Below are positions 39,701 to 54,700 of a stretch of 64,000 bases of DNA, one piece after another. Position numbers and translations under genes: made by a program. The first letter of the stretch is position 1. Every line of letters starts with the position of its first letter. The notes beneath the pieces were generated by a model. It was not told the origin of the DNA. It saw nothing but the letters and a program-made list of their open reading frames with translations, and ran no database searches. The stretch comes from Catajapyx aquilonaris (taxonomy: Eukaryota): positions 1 through 64,000 of the forward strand of contig KZ538189.1 of the NCBI GenBank assembly GCA_000934665.2. The letters are read 5' to 3'.

Positions 39701-42700
39701 AGCCCATTGTTCCAACAACAACGTTGCGACAATTACTCCTCAGTATTCTCTAAAGTTCGTTCCAGCGCATTGGCAACATCGCAAAAGTCGGCCATAATGT
39801 TACCCCCTCAAGCCTAGTGTTGGAAACAATTTGCGCTCATCTATAGACCGTTGCATATAGTGCCAGATAATTTTGCTATATCACCTTATCATGTTTTTCC
39901 ATCACAGGCTCATAATTCGATACCCTTTTAACGCCGCATAATCCTGAAAATTGCAAATACCGCCGTTAAGATTGCAAATTATGACAATGCCAATACCATG
40001 CATAAATGCTGCTAAACACCCCCCGGTTTTTTTGCAATCAGATCGCCCTGAAAGTGAAACTTATTATCGCCGATAACACCGCATTTCCCTGTCACAACCC
40101 TCATTGTGTTTCCCCCCCCCCCCCCCNCCCTCAGTGTGACAATACTATGCACTCGAGTCCACCACAAAATCCCCGGATTTTTTCAAAAAAAAAATCCTGC
40201 TGGCCCGTAACACAAAATCCGACAAAACCAGTCGATCCGTATGATTAGAGTTGACACACATGTAAATAAGTGTCGTGTCCGGTACGCGGTAGACGGTATA
40301 CACGACCACCGTTCATAACTAAACGAGCAGCAAGTTTCGCGGGCTGTATAATGCGCTCGGTATACACTGTCCTCAAAACCTCAAATCTCGTTGCGATGTA
40401 CCCGCCCAATAAAGTGCATCCGGACGTGAAAAGAACCGCAGAAATCAACCCGCACGCACATATATCACGCCTTAAAACTTTGCATGCAAAAATTGGTCCG
40501 ACGCGCGCACACACCAGAAAAAAATGGCAAGCTTTTTTTTTAGCCAAAATTATTCACGAGGTGCGGTGCAGACAACTAAGTTAATCACAGGCCGGAAATG
40601 AGTCGCTGTCATCACTAGTTTCATTTGACACTAAGTTAACCTGAGCTTTGGGTTGCACTGACAAGAGCGCCTAGAACCCTGGTCGTTTTTACGTGCTTGA
40701 ATAGCTTCACCGCTATTTTAATTTACTGCCAAGTCGCGAGTCTATTTCGCGATAGTTGAATTTTCACGCCATCTGATGAAATTTTCGCTTTTCATCAAGA
40801 ATTTTCACAACTGCGCGCAAAAAAAAGGACCCTTCCCTTAATAATGAAATTGCTTTCGACTATAGCATTAATTGGTAATTAATTAAAAGCGAATGCAGTG
40901 TCTAATTGATGAAAAATATGTAATGAATTATTTTACCCCCACATCATTTGCGGAGTGGCATTATTATTAGGGAGGACCCTAATTGCATCCCAGAGTCATG
41001 AAGTCAGCCCACGCTTGAAATAACAAGAAGTCTCAGCAAGTGATTGAGGAAAGTTAGCTCGCGAGAATTTTTTTATAGTCGATATCAATTATTTTTAAAT
41101 TAGGTTCTATCGAGTTTGCCTAGAATAACCTGGCATAGACTCGTTAGAAAGTTTTTCAATGTTGTGCAAAAAGTTACATCACACTCAATTACTGAAAAAT
41201 TAGGTTAACTTCAGCTAACAGTTGCCTCTAGTTAACTTCAGTTAACAATTCAGATTCATAATTTCGGAATGGTCCCAGTCCGTGTTAATGAAACAAAAAT
41301 TGCATAGTTAATAGTTCGCATGGTTTTTCCACTTTAGTTCATAGTCTGTACAGGTGCCTTTGAACTGATGACTCGATTAGTCACCCTTTTTGACACCCGG
41401 GGTTATTGCAGAGAGCGATTCGCACGTCTCCTGACACCGAGTTATCCATTCGCGAGTGATCATATCGCCAAAAATATTCGGAGGAGGTGGGGGGGGGGGG
41501 GTCGATTTGTCCCAGGGAAAATCCAATGATGTGATGGAAATGAAAATCCTCATGAGGAATAAAAACTCCTGTCCGCTTGATTTATTTCCCTGCGAATTTG
41601 GGGAGCCCCCACTGTTTGACAACAACCCGTTGTGAATTCTGACGAGTCTTCAAAAAAAAATTGAGCGAAACACTCATTAATATGTGTCCCGAAAACATTT
41701 TTTCCACACATCATTTTTGAATATCTACACGTTCATTTAATGTCGGCTGATGTTGTGCAATAATTTTTGGCGTTTCTAATATTTGGCTCAAAATAATGTT
41801 TTGCTTCCAACAGGGAAAAACTGAACGGCTCTTTTTTTTGTGTGTGTCGTGGAAGTTTGAGTGTGGAAGCCCATGATCGGCTTGTCTGGAGCAAATCCCC
41901 TTAACCCTCGATCGGTTCCGGTGGCCATTTTCTCGGACGAATGGTCATTGGAAGGACAGTGGCCAGCCTCCTTTGTCTTCTTTTCCCGCCAATGCACAAA
42001 AGAGCTTCAGCAGCTCCTTTTGTGGCGTCTCCTCACTCTTTTTTTTTTTTACTTTCTCTCCCTCAAAGCTGCTTTGTTCACACCATCACTACTTTCTGAT
42101 GTCCAAGGATTCACTTTTGTCCATCCAAATTCATTTCAGTAGTCACTAGTCTCAAATTGGTTGTCACCAAAACTACCACTTAAACCCATTCAACAGACTA
42201 ACGATCACTCGAAACAGAACCTCTTTTCACTAATGCAGCTTTCCCTCCAATAATTGGAACCCCCCAAAAAAAGAGAGTTCACAACTTCATTTTTTTTCGT
42301 AGCACTAGAACGTGAACCATGAAATATTCAAGCGGTCCATAATGTCAAGTTGCCCCGATTTTTTAAAAAATTATTAGTCCATCCAACCAATTCCTATATG
42401 CTCTCACCACGATTGAAATCGAGCTGGGATCATCTGTAAAACAACTTCATAATATTGACATTTGGGAGCAGACTCGGCGCCCTATTGTGTACGTGCAGAA
42501 TGCCTGGCAAAAAAGCGAGCTTATTCGACTGTTGGCTCGTTGCATTGTCATGTAAAATTGACCAATCATTGCCTTGCTCAATAACAGAATTTGTTCAAGT
42601 GTTATGATTCCGACTAGACAAAGCCGGTGCCATTAGAGAACTGGAATCAATCAGCCTACTCTTTGTACAATGTGAGCTGTACTCATTGCATGGGTCATGG

Positions 42701-45700
42701 CCTAGTTATCATGCACTAGTTCACTTACTAATACCCAGCTAAAAATAGTATCATTTTGAGATGATAAATTTTGTCATGAGCCGATTTCCAAAACTTCGAC
42801 TCATTACTAGCCAATTATTGCACCATTAAATCGCCACTAACTCATTAAAATTGCTCAACCTATGCACAATAATCCTTGAAAATCTCTAATACCCTGAAGA
42901 GATGTCTACGACTAGATTGTTACAGTACAATAGACAGTAGTCCTACAGGTGACTAGCAGTGGACTATTTTCCAAGGGAAAAGGAGCTTATCAGGCTCGTT
43001 AGCTCCATTTGCACCGCCTCGGTACTTTTCCCCGTCGTGTGCAGACACAGGTTAAGACATTGATTTTTCTCTCAACATTTACTTGGTCCCGACCTATGCC
43101 CTCCGAGAAACTTTTGAGCCAAAATCTTTCCGGCAGCAAAGGAAAAAGAAAATATTTAAATTCCGGCCCGTTTGAGAAAAAGTTGTCCGCCTCTAAGGCC
43201 CAATGTTGACCCAAGGCTTGTGTGTGTATGAGGCACATTCACCGCCTTCCTAAAATTAATTTTCCTTAGCCCCTTCATCGATCGTTACGGGAAATAAGGT
43301 GCTGCGTACACGTCTATGGAAAGCAACACCCATCACCCATAATTGCAAGCACTATCACAACGGTACACTCGACACAGGGTGTACCATAATAAAGATGTAC
43401 ACCGTCATCCAATTTCGTATATACAACACAATGGGCGACAAAGTGTAAAATAATTAAAATCGTGTGAGAACAATACACCTTGAAGCGAATTCTAATTAGA
43501 TTAAAGCATGCTGCTGGGTTGGGCTTGTGTCGCATTGTCTCGCCTTCCTAATGAAAAGGATCAACACTTTGACATGGGTGGGGCGGTGGCCTCCGATTGA
43601 AGAATGCCTTGTTTTTCAGCCCAGGCAGCACTTGATTGATCAAAATTGTATCTCCAGCTGTGAGGCTAATGCTCGTTGCTGGAATACATCACGGGACCCA
43701 TTACGCTGAAACCTCTCGATATTTTTTTTATACCTTCCTGCGAGCGATAATTAAATTGAATCGTTCCTAGACACGCTGTCGGTCATATTCTTGAAGCATA
43801 TAAATCACTTATTACCAGTAAGTATCCCCTCAAAATAATAATAAAATATCTGTGGAATGTCACAAAAGTTGGCTATCAATTCAGCCTGATTCTGCAACGC
43901 CCAAAATGTTAGAAAGAGTCGACGAATAAAACACATCCGACAGATTTATTTTTTTTGTACAAAAAAAAGAAGAAATGAGAGCCAGACTTTTTCAGGGCTT
44001 TTTTTCAGCCAGAAAGCCCTAATTCCTGGGGAAAGTGGCGTAGGAAATAGCAACCATGGGACCACTTGTCACTTGAAACATCCCCTGGCCTCTGATTACG
44101 TACAATCCATTTATTAGGCTCTGTCGTAAATCTGATAAGAGCCCCTCAGGCTTGACTACACTTGCTCTTCCCCCTTTTCCTGGCGCCAAATCCTGTAGAT
44201 TAATTATAATAATTATAACTATTACCACAGCTCTACTTTGGGATGGAATTAATGGATGAGGTTATTACTCAAGCTTTTCTCTCGTTGCAATCTTCAAGCC
44301 GGATAATAGATCGGCCGCGATTCCAATACCATTTCGCAAAATGTACAGTGCTGGAAATAAGCGCAATATATATATTGGACAGTTGGTTGGGGGAGGGAAA
44401 AGCGATATTCCTTCTTTTGCAATAAATATATGCTGCTCTAGAGCTTTGAGCATCAGTGATAAGGTCTATCATTCACAGCGGATTCCTCAGAGTGCGGAAA
44501 TATAAAAGGAAATAAAGCCGCGTCGCTTCTCACTTCTCTCGTTTTCCTCCGCACAACTACTTTTCATTCCAGACCCAGATTGTAATCAAGAGCTATCTCG
44601 AGAGCACTCTACCTGTCGCCATGAAGAGAAAATAGGTCGGCCGGGAATAAATGCGAGGAAAAGCGGCCGGAGAAAATCTTCCCCTCCTCCAGGTCCATAT
44701 AACCATCTTTTACCTTTTCTCCGTCATGTTCAGGCAGCATCAAGCTGGAAGGGAAAGAGGAAAATATGCCATTAATATGCAGGTAAGGCCTTCAACTGAA
44801 GCAGTGTTATACACAGCCGGATGGTGATAAAACAGACACGATTTTGCACGTCAAATATTTCCACAGGAATGTATCCAATTTGCAACGTGGAATTGTCCAC
44901 TCCAGCAGATCTTTCATCCTGAGATGCTATCAACCCATCAGCCTCTCTTGTTTAACAGGAAGCATAATATGCAGGCGCACAAAATATTCCGCGGGATCGA
45001 AACACAAACTGTTCCGATAACAACCCCCTCCCTCGATCGTTACCGGTTTTCAAAAATTAACTGACCCTAATTAAGTTTCTAAAGCCCCCTTTCCTCACCC
45101 TGGCAACCGATTTGCCTCAGATAAAATGCGACTCAAGTTGCACTTTCTGGGGGGGAAGATTGGGGAGAGGAAACTTCTTGGCATAGGATCAAACAGGAAA
45201 ACCACCGCTGGTACTCTAATTAGGTGCTAATATTGAGAAAGAGGCAAGTTTTCCATCAACAAGGTGTGTGGGAGGGGGGGGAAAGTGGTGATTAACGCCT
45301 TTCTCATCACGATTATGATTAGCCGAAGCTTCCAGTCCAGTCTGAAATTAATAACGCTGAACTTGCAAGGTAAGTACTTAGCGTAATAACGTTCCCGTCT
45401 CGTTTTTTTTTTTACTTTTTAAAAGGACTGTCTCCATGGTGATAAAGCATGGATGGAGCAGTCTGGACCTGGAGGCTCCTCTTCTAATGTCCTGGAGAAA
45501 ACTGCTGATTCAGATGCTTTTTTTTCCAATCCGAAAATCTCAAGGATTGAGAGAAAACTTGGAATTTCGTGTCCGAACAATGCGACGAATTCACTGATAT
45601 TTCAACAAAACTTTTACTGTCGTTTAGTGTGAATTTTATTTAAAAAATAGACAGCACAAAATATGCATCGGCCAAAAATAGCCGACAAGTATTTAAACAC

Positions 45701-48700
45701 ACATCACGTGGCGACTCGATGTCTGCCAATATTATTATGAATCGATACTCTTCGACTTTTTTTTGGGGTGCCATTTCATTGGCGGATGGAGTTGAATTTT
45801 TTCAGGGAGGACCTTGGATCGGTGCCAAGAGACAGGAAAAGTTTAAGGTCTCCGCGAATTACGCCAGGTCGCCCCCACGGTACTTTATTTAATCCTCTCC
45901 GTTTTTGGACGAACTTTTCCATGAGACAAACCGGCAAACTCCCCTCTTCAAAATCGGTTTCCTGTAGAAAATTTTTGGAAGGCTAAAATGGGGGACTAAA
46001 TTATCCGACCCCCCCTATCCAAAATTGGATACTTGCTCAAACTTTGGAGACCCGTTTTAGGCGGTTCCTCTCTTTAATCACGATCGCATCTCTCCATAGC
46101 TTTTTGGCTAGAAAGACCCCGAGAAAAGGGGAGGTGGGGGTGGTGGGGGGTCCAAAATATGACAAAAGGACAAAGTAAGTCCTGGGAACAATAAGAGCCT
46201 CTTTGTCCTCGAGCCAAGAACCTCAGCGCAGTTGAAAGTCGAGAACTTGAAGCATGAATTGTTAACGAATCAGGAGACCCCCCAAGCTCTCATATCAACC
46301 CTGATCCAAGAGATACAAAGATACGCAAGAAAGCTGAATCAAACACTGAAAATTCAGCACAACCTGCAAAAAAAATGTTTTTTTTGAACAGGTTGAATAT
46401 TTTGGAGAGAACGGTCCAGGCAGCATCCCTGTAATTTTCTCTGCACTTCAACCTCTTAAAGTAGCCTCGTTCATATGCATGAGACGGAGTTCGTCTCCGA
46501 AGCTATTCATCATGAAGGATGCTCAACCCTATAGCAGAAGACAAGGTTCGCTCAAGCACATTCCTGAAGGTCAGGTTTCAAGCACTACCTGAGCATTGTT
46601 GGGATAAGACAAACCCCCCTTTACAGTTTGAGGGAACAAAAGGGGGGGACGTCTTAATTTGTGCAAGTTGAGCTCCTGAATAGTCCGTGGCTGATAGGAC
46701 TAATAGTCGACGCGTCTGTCAAATTCACGGATGGAAACTATTTAGGATGACAACCTTTTTGGAGGATGGGAAACTGTTCAAATTCAATTCCGGACACCCC
46801 TTGCGATTGTGTCAAGCCCGGATTGTCTCTCGAGACACCCCGGGGAAATCCCACGGGTATTTTCGACAGAGGTCCACCCGCCGTTTTGTACGGATGGGTT
46901 GACACGTTTAAACATTCACGACGTACAAGGTTGTACACTCTGTTGCAATAGAGTTAGACCACAAAATGCTTGTACGTATATGTCATGTTGTAGTGACATA
47001 TTGACCAATATTCCTGCCGTATGACTTGAGTCCCCCCAGGAGTATTATTGAATCGGCACAAAAGCGTCGGTCCTCTTTTTTATATGTCCGTTTTTCGAAT
47101 ACCTCTGGTGGTCCAACCGGGTCGATGATACGATTTGAAGTATCGCAGCAGGTGGTCAGCTTCACTCAGACCCCCCCCCCCCCAAACGCACTGGAGTTGT
47201 CCCACTCTGGACTGTCCGAATCTGTCCAATCCCCCGATTGATTTTTGGCAGTGTCGAGCAAATGTGACCTGACAAAGCGTGGGAATTTTCTGAAGAAGAC
47301 AGGAAAGGTGTATGGTGTAGTCCTGATGCGATTTCTGGCTAAGTGAAACGAGATAAGAGGTTTCCATTGCATGTGACGTAACCCCATAATGGTCCACGGG
47401 GATTTCGTTTGGGGAAAAAGAGAATGAGAGAGTCGAGATCAAGGGAACACCATCATTGTTACCACGCAACCCGAATCCACTTTTCAAGGTCCTAAGAGAA
47501 TTCATGCCCGATTCAATTACGAGTTTCAGACGCGCCTTTTTGGATATCAGAAAATATTATTAAAAATCAATTTGGTCTAATCATCTCTCACCTGTCCATA
47601 AAATTATTAGAGAAATATATAAACATCTATAAATTCGGGCAAATCGCTAAACATTGATAAATTCAGAAAAATTGTTAAATGGTCGTTAACATCACTGCTC
47701 TAAAGTTAGAAAATCATTTAATTTCGACGTCAAATTTTAAATTGTTAATTTATCTAACATTTCATCTATTGAACTTTTATGTCATTTATTTACAGCTATA
47801 CTAATGATGTACTGTATTTATTTATTATGGCACTCTCAGACCAGATTCTCCCAAAAATTCCTTCCTGGCTGTTGACACAACCCTGTCAAATCATCATGTC
47901 TGTTTCTACCCAAGAGCCTGCAATGCGAAAGGCACTTCTTGACATTTGGCTGATGAATTTTGGCCCCGTTTTTTTTGATCAAAAAAAATCAGCAAGAAGC
48001 GACCTAGATGAAAGCAGACATGTGGCAGACGGAGCCGCTCTGATTAATTTTCATGCGCCTCCAACTAATCCTGGAAGCGCCATTCTGCACAAACCACGGC
48101 TGAGCCCCTCCGCAAATTTTTTTTTTGCGCATCGAAGGTGTCCAATTAAAGGGCCAGAATTTCACCAGTATTTTTTTTTATCTCTCCACTGGTGCCAATG
48201 TAACGAGACGCGTCTCTCGGCGTAAATCTTTCCGTGGGAATTCTGGTTTTTCCTTCGCTTGCTTACAAGAGCTCTCTCCAAAGAACAGCTGGAGAGAGAG
48301 GGGGGGAAAAAGCAAGCAAAGGATTGGCTATAAATTGTCGCCGGAACGGTTTCCCAGAAGGTGATTACTTCCTGCTGCGACCCAAAACTATATATGGTGG
48401 CGCCCGAGTTCCTGCAGATTGCTCTGGGACTGGTTACGCCGTGGCGACGTCGATGAAGCTGTAAATTCCTCAGGAATTGCCGATATGAACAGACTGTGTT
48501 GATGTCTGGAGGTAATAAAAGAGCATGAGAGCATGTATCAAACACCACCGCTGCAGTGTATAAAAACGTTACTGAGATTTGTACTCTGGCGATGGTAATA
48601 GTATTTTCTATAGTGTCGATGTGCGACTAAAATCCATGTGGAAAAAAAGATGTTTTTGCAACAACCTGCTGATTCGGTTTCTAATTAAATTAAAATCTTA

Positions 48701-51700
48701 TCTGAAACCGTTCTTTTGAATTGGCCGGTCATTTAACGGGTCTTGGAAACACCCCCTCCCACCCAGACTTAGCAAGGAATTTACTACAGTTAAGACATTT
48801 AATCCGGAGCATTTTCCTCCCCATTAGATTTGCAAGGCCAATCCCGCACATTGGACCAATTAGAGTCCAGGCCCCACTGCCTAATCCAATAAGAGATCCT
48901 AGGTGGAGATCGACCGTCTGCCTGTAACAAGCTCTCTCTGTAACCCACAACTCTACTTTTGTACACTGCAGCACATACTGTATGCCCCCCNCCCCCCTCC
49001 CAAAAAGGTACATACTGCAGCACTTGACAATGTGGAAAACAACAATTAACTGTCCTTTTTTTTTTTTGGCAAACAGTGCATGAAGGTTGATGCACTGATG
49101 ATCCTTGCAGGCAAGTCAGGCTTGCCGGAATATTATTCTTTCATTAGTTTCCAGCCTCTCGCCCCATGGAGCCCAATAGTTTCAAGCATGTCTCCAAACT
49201 GATCCATTTTATACAGGGTGTTCTACTAATCCGGCGGCGAATACTCCATATAGGGTCAAATTGTGAATCTGTAAAAAGAATTTAAGTCCACATTCAAGTA
49301 TGGAAAGCTAGGTGTTGCTACTTGAATGTTACATTAGTAATATGAGCTTTAAGCAGCATTACAGTAGGCACTTCTTGCACAACCTGGTTTTGCTGCCACG
49401 CGGTTTTAAACTATGCGGTGGATCCTCGTTTGAAGTGACTTCAAATTTCTCCGTTTGACTGTGCCTGGCTCTCTCTCTCTAAAGAACGAAGGATTACAGG
49501 CCCGGTAGAGAGAAGGGCCAAGAGAGAGAGAAAAGCCGCAGTTTGGGACGAGACTGTAACCGGCATAGAATTACAGCGGGCGAAGGGGGGGCCTTGTAAC
49601 GTGCAAGGCTTTTGCAGGAAATATCAAAGCGAAACCGGATACCCCACCAGCATCTAATATTTAAATGCTAAAGCGACTGTCCCCCATATACCTTCATACA
49701 TTTTTCATGTTTATATAAAGAAGCTGGAGAGAAGATACCAATCTCGCTGATGTGCATTCAAAGCCCATGCAAATTCGAGGCAATAAATTCGTGGCGCATT
49801 TGGAGGAATAATAAGGAGATAATCATTATAAAAGGCACCAGTAGATTAAATACGTGCCTAACAAATAACAAATATTTAAATCCTTCGTTGCACGACACCG
49901 ATTGGCCCGGGCAGCATATTGTTGTTACCGCGACGTTTCCCATTGGCCTCCGTTCCACGCATGCGCAATGTGGTGGCGGCAGCGCCTCGGGTGGGGTAGG
50001 ATGAGAAACTGTCCATCCTTTGAATTTCTTAAAGCACAGTTTGAGCTCCTCTGTGAAAAGAACTGGTATCGTGGCAAGGATTCCAAAGTTAGGTGAAGCA
50101 TAAACTTGCAACCCATTTCCACCACCCACTGGTCTCATGCAAGTTTCAAGAAACTTCCTTTTTTTTCTCTGAAATACAACCCTATAGCGTATATGGCACC
50201 ATCCACTTCTAAGGGGGCTTCCATTTGGCACGGTACCGTTCAGCGTGTCTCCTCGAGCCTGAACTCGGAGGTAGTCTTGCCTGAGTGCATTTCGGTGGCC
50301 ATTAGGACCCTCCCTGTGTGTTGCAGAATCCGAAATCGAAGGGTGTCCTCCCCCCCCCCCNCCTCCCCCAATCTGATCGCAACGCAATTTACCTCGCCTT
50401 GGAGCAAGGACAAGGCGGTAAGGACAAGCACAAGAATAACACTTGGGACACGACCTTTAAAAGAACTGCACGCCACTTAACTTTGTTTCCAGTGGTCCAC
50501 ACACAGGGACACAATCAAGCAACAAGTAGCTTCCAGTATTTACTCTGCAACAGACTTTCCCGACCACCATTTAACAAGATTATTCCCAGTTTGTTTCGAG
50601 CCTGATTCACTATTGGCCATGCAAATCGCGTACCCTTTTCCCTCTATATATCCTCTTTTTTTCTGGACTGTTATTAAGCTGGTAACGACCGTGGATCCGT
50701 CCAAATTGATTTTTTTTTAGGTCTGCTCTTCCACGGAATCCCCCGGTTGACCTCGGGGGGGCTGGTTCAAAACGACCGAATTATCAGGACCCACGAATTG
50801 GACCTACGATCCTATATATACCATCGCCTCTCGAGTTCCAATGTTGTCCGTTGGGATCAAAAGGAGGTAGAACCGCGGGTCCGACAATGTACTGCATCAA
50901 AATGTAATAGATATACACAAGTGACCTCTTTTTTGGAAGCATTTTATGGAGCAGTATGTGGAAAGATTAAAGATAGATTCAGACTTTGAAAAATGTGATG
51001 TGGGGGGAAAAACAAAGGATGACAACCCATGGAGGACGATTTAGGAAAGTGGACAGGACAAACAAGGAGTTTTCGAATCAATTCTGTTCGTTCACTGTCC
51101 CAGTAACAACCGGAGCTGGCTGTCACTTTTTTTTTTAATGGCTCCGAGTTATTTTCCTGCTCGGTTCATGCCTGGTATTAAATGTCACCGCGCATGAATA
51201 TTCATAAACACGATTAAATAAGTGTCGTTACATCAAGAGTAAACACTCCGGTTGAAAACCAGCTTTAAATCACATTAAGTTAGTTCATGACACAATTATG
51301 AGTATGATTTATGTCCATGGTAGCATATAACTGTTTTAATAACCAATCACAAAATAATATCATCTTGATGTTTTGATCTTAGAAAAAAAAACATATTTCG
51401 AATACCATTCGCCTTACTACGCCGCAAAATGTGACCTTCTGCTCTCTCTCTGGTATTATATTGCAAGCTCCCCCATATCGTATTTTCCATTCGCCCCAAT
51501 AATAATGGCGGCCCCAGAGAGATATTCATCCATATATCTTGAAAGTCATTTCGACATCAAAGCAGAATAAATCACGTAATTTACATTCCTATATGACAAT
51601 ACCAGGCTCGCGGTTCTCGGGTATATATACACAGGTTTCAAGATGGCAAAGATTTCGCAATTTGCTATAGAAAGTGATACATGGAAGGGTATAGCAAAAC

Positions 51701-54700
51701 TTGGTTTTGTCTCTCTCTCTCACTATATAAATAGAAACAAACAGAAGGGCCCCAGCTTAATTAAATTCCACTGGGGAGGATCCGTCTTTTTTTCGATTCA
51801 ATTGGCTCCCTCATTTGCAGATTTTCTGAAGGCCAAGCCCAGCATTTATTTTCCTCTCCAATGCAATGGATATACATTGCCCAAAATGAGGATGGCAAAA
51901 ATGTGCATTATTAATAAGGTGCATTAATTTCTACAGTCGACTTTGAACAAGGGGGTATGGTACTTGCCGGATTTTGACGGCAACTTAAGCCGCACGAAAC
52001 GTTGAAATTGGGTTATGTGTGCAGGCTATTACTTCATTAGGGCCTAATGGCTCCCATTCTAACCCGAGCAGAACTTGACGCGACAGTTCTTTTGCCGAAT
52101 ACAGACTAGTCCAACATCAATTGAAAGGCCAGGTATAGCTACCAATAAAAGAACTGCTGAAGGGCAAATCGAATTATGCTCTTCCAGATCAAAAGGTCCG
52201 ACCCCTGCAGATCTACAGACAAAAAAAAAAGTACAAGCAAAGCATTTCTTTTCATCTAAATACCAGACTAAATATTCCGATCCGTGTAAATTTCATTAAC
52301 CCGCTGGTTTTATTTATGCACGAATTAGCCAGATTAATCAGCCCGGTTATTGTATAAAGTGGGGCTTAAATGCGGTGCAGCATCCACTTTAAAATATGCA
52401 TTACACTTGTCCAGGTAATGAGCTAACCATCAAATGCAGCAGCCAGGGCTACATCATAAATGATGAAGGAGTGGCGCAATAAACAAGGCATCACGACGAC
52501 ATCCAACTTTTTTTTTTTTTTTTTTGGAGGGGCCAAAAACCGCAAGAAGCTAAAGTTAATTTCCGGACCTCTCTTGAATAAGGAAAGAAACGCCAAAAAA
52601 CATTTCCGAGATCTTAAATTTAATTAAAATGCAACCCAGAAGGTGACAGCCCCAGTGTCCATTTTCCAAGTTACCTTGAACCCTAAAGGATCAATATTAA
52701 ACGTCATTACTTTCCGAATCGAATAAATCATTAGATGCATTACTGGTATTAGAAAAGTGAACCGATTAGTTTTTCTCCATTGTCTTCATTTTTTTTTGCA
52801 TGGAAATGGAGGGGGCTTTGAGTCGATTTGGGCCCGTCGCCCCCTAAAAAAGCAGCCTTGAAAATATCCGAGATGACGGGGGGTTATCCATCGTCGACGA
52901 GGAAAAGTTCATCGCTCTCATTGCAAAGAAGAAGAAAAAAAAATCCGCGCATGTTTTTCCCTACCGTGCAAAAGTCGTAAATCTTCGGAGTTAAGCTAAG
53001 AATGATTAACAGCTTTTCGCTCCGTCCCACTTTTTTTTTGCTAAATTGAAAATTCTTCCTTCCAAAATTAATATGTGTCTCCCCTTTAAAAAAATCTGAT
53101 ATTGTGCTAATTACTTGCAAGAAAAATATTCGGTGAGTAAAACCAAAAGGCTTTTTACTATTCAAAAGGAAGTCAATTTTGGTTGTCCTCTCCGCCCTGG
53201 AGGACATTATTTATTGTGTATATCCAGCAGGAGAAGGAAGATTGCTTTTACTGTTCAAGGCAGGATCCTGCTGGAGTCTTATTTTCTTCCTGCCTTCAGA
53301 TCTATGCACACACAATGATCCCATCAGAAACTACGAGAGAGAACCAGCATTTTGATAACATGGCACTAGTTTCAAGATAATCAAAACAACTACTTTTCGT
53401 GGTTAATTCCGTTATCAGGCGGATTCAGACGCCTCACAAAAAGGACTCTCTCCTCAAGCCCTTCGACTCTCATTCCCAAAGCACAGAAAAGGAGCTTTTC
53501 CCTGTCCATTCAGGCGACGGACTCTGGTGCAGAAAGGTGTGCGAAATTACGGATTAAGCAAATGAGAAGCGGTCTAATTGGCTGAGAGATTGGTAAAAAA
53601 AAGTCGGTATGTGCCCAGTTACTTCCTAGATAAAAACCCAGTCTGTCTTTTTCGGACTCTTGTTTTTGGCTCCAATTCTGTGTATTTCCCCACGAGCGCA
53701 TTCAACCTTTTTTTTTCCAGCATTTGCGTCGAATCCCCGCAAAAACCTCTGCAATTTTCATTAGGAAATTTCCTGCCGGTCATTTTCCTCCCTAAACTGC
53801 TGGAGGGAACTGTCCAATAATGCTAATGCAATGAGGTTGTCATCCGCATTTACAAAAAAATATATATATCTGCAAGTGCGGTCGTTCTCTAATCATTCTA
53901 CGGTACAATGGTCAGGAATTTTGCAAACGTAATTTCCTGTCTGTATATAACAAGAGAGTACTGACCTTGTGCTGCGGTTAGGATCGATAGTACATTTTCT
54001 TAAGATGGCAAGATCCCATCACTTTCTCTGCATCGTACGAGACACTTGCGATATTGCAAGGGCTTCTCCCTGGGACATTCTCTTCCAATATCAGGCCTGT
54101 CCTGACTAAGTGGGGAGTCCAACGGAGGTCATGAAAAACAACCCTTTCAGACTCATGCATTTTTTTTTTAGAAAAAAAAAATCTGGGGTGAGCTAGAGCA
54201 ATATGTGTTCTTATGGCGTGTAACTGCGCTTGCAACGAAAAATCATGCCAAATTGGAGCATTGACGCCAGTTAGATGCGCACATGAAAATGTTCCTACTC
54301 AGCACAAATCGCACTACGGTAAATTTTATTGATTCATATCCTAGGTACTCTCCAGGCAAACCAGCAAAAAAAAACCTAATCTGATGACAGAAAAAAAACT
54401 ATGTAGAACATTCCTGCTAGACATTGAGGGACAGATCATAAATTACATCGTGCCCAAGCTGTCCGCTCTGAAAATGTGTGTAAGAAGTGGGCCAGGTCTA
54501 GACCAGGTCCACTTTATGAACAGAGCAGGTTGGGCAAACAAAGGATTTTGGATCCTAGAATGCTGGTTAAAGCCTGGAAGGTAAATACTTTGAGTGGCCA
54601 ACATGCTGACGCCTGGAATTCAGCGGCTGGAGAAAATGTGAAGGGATGAATCTTCTCCTATAGAGAATGAATACATGTCAGGATTTCTAAGCAAATTCCA

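Noticed and set aside
40758..40808. 10-bp direct repeat GAATTTTCAC flanking an 8-bp hairpin
   Set aside because: AT-rich and short; cannot be distinguished from chance. The same applies to short palindromes near 7238, 24043 and 51194.
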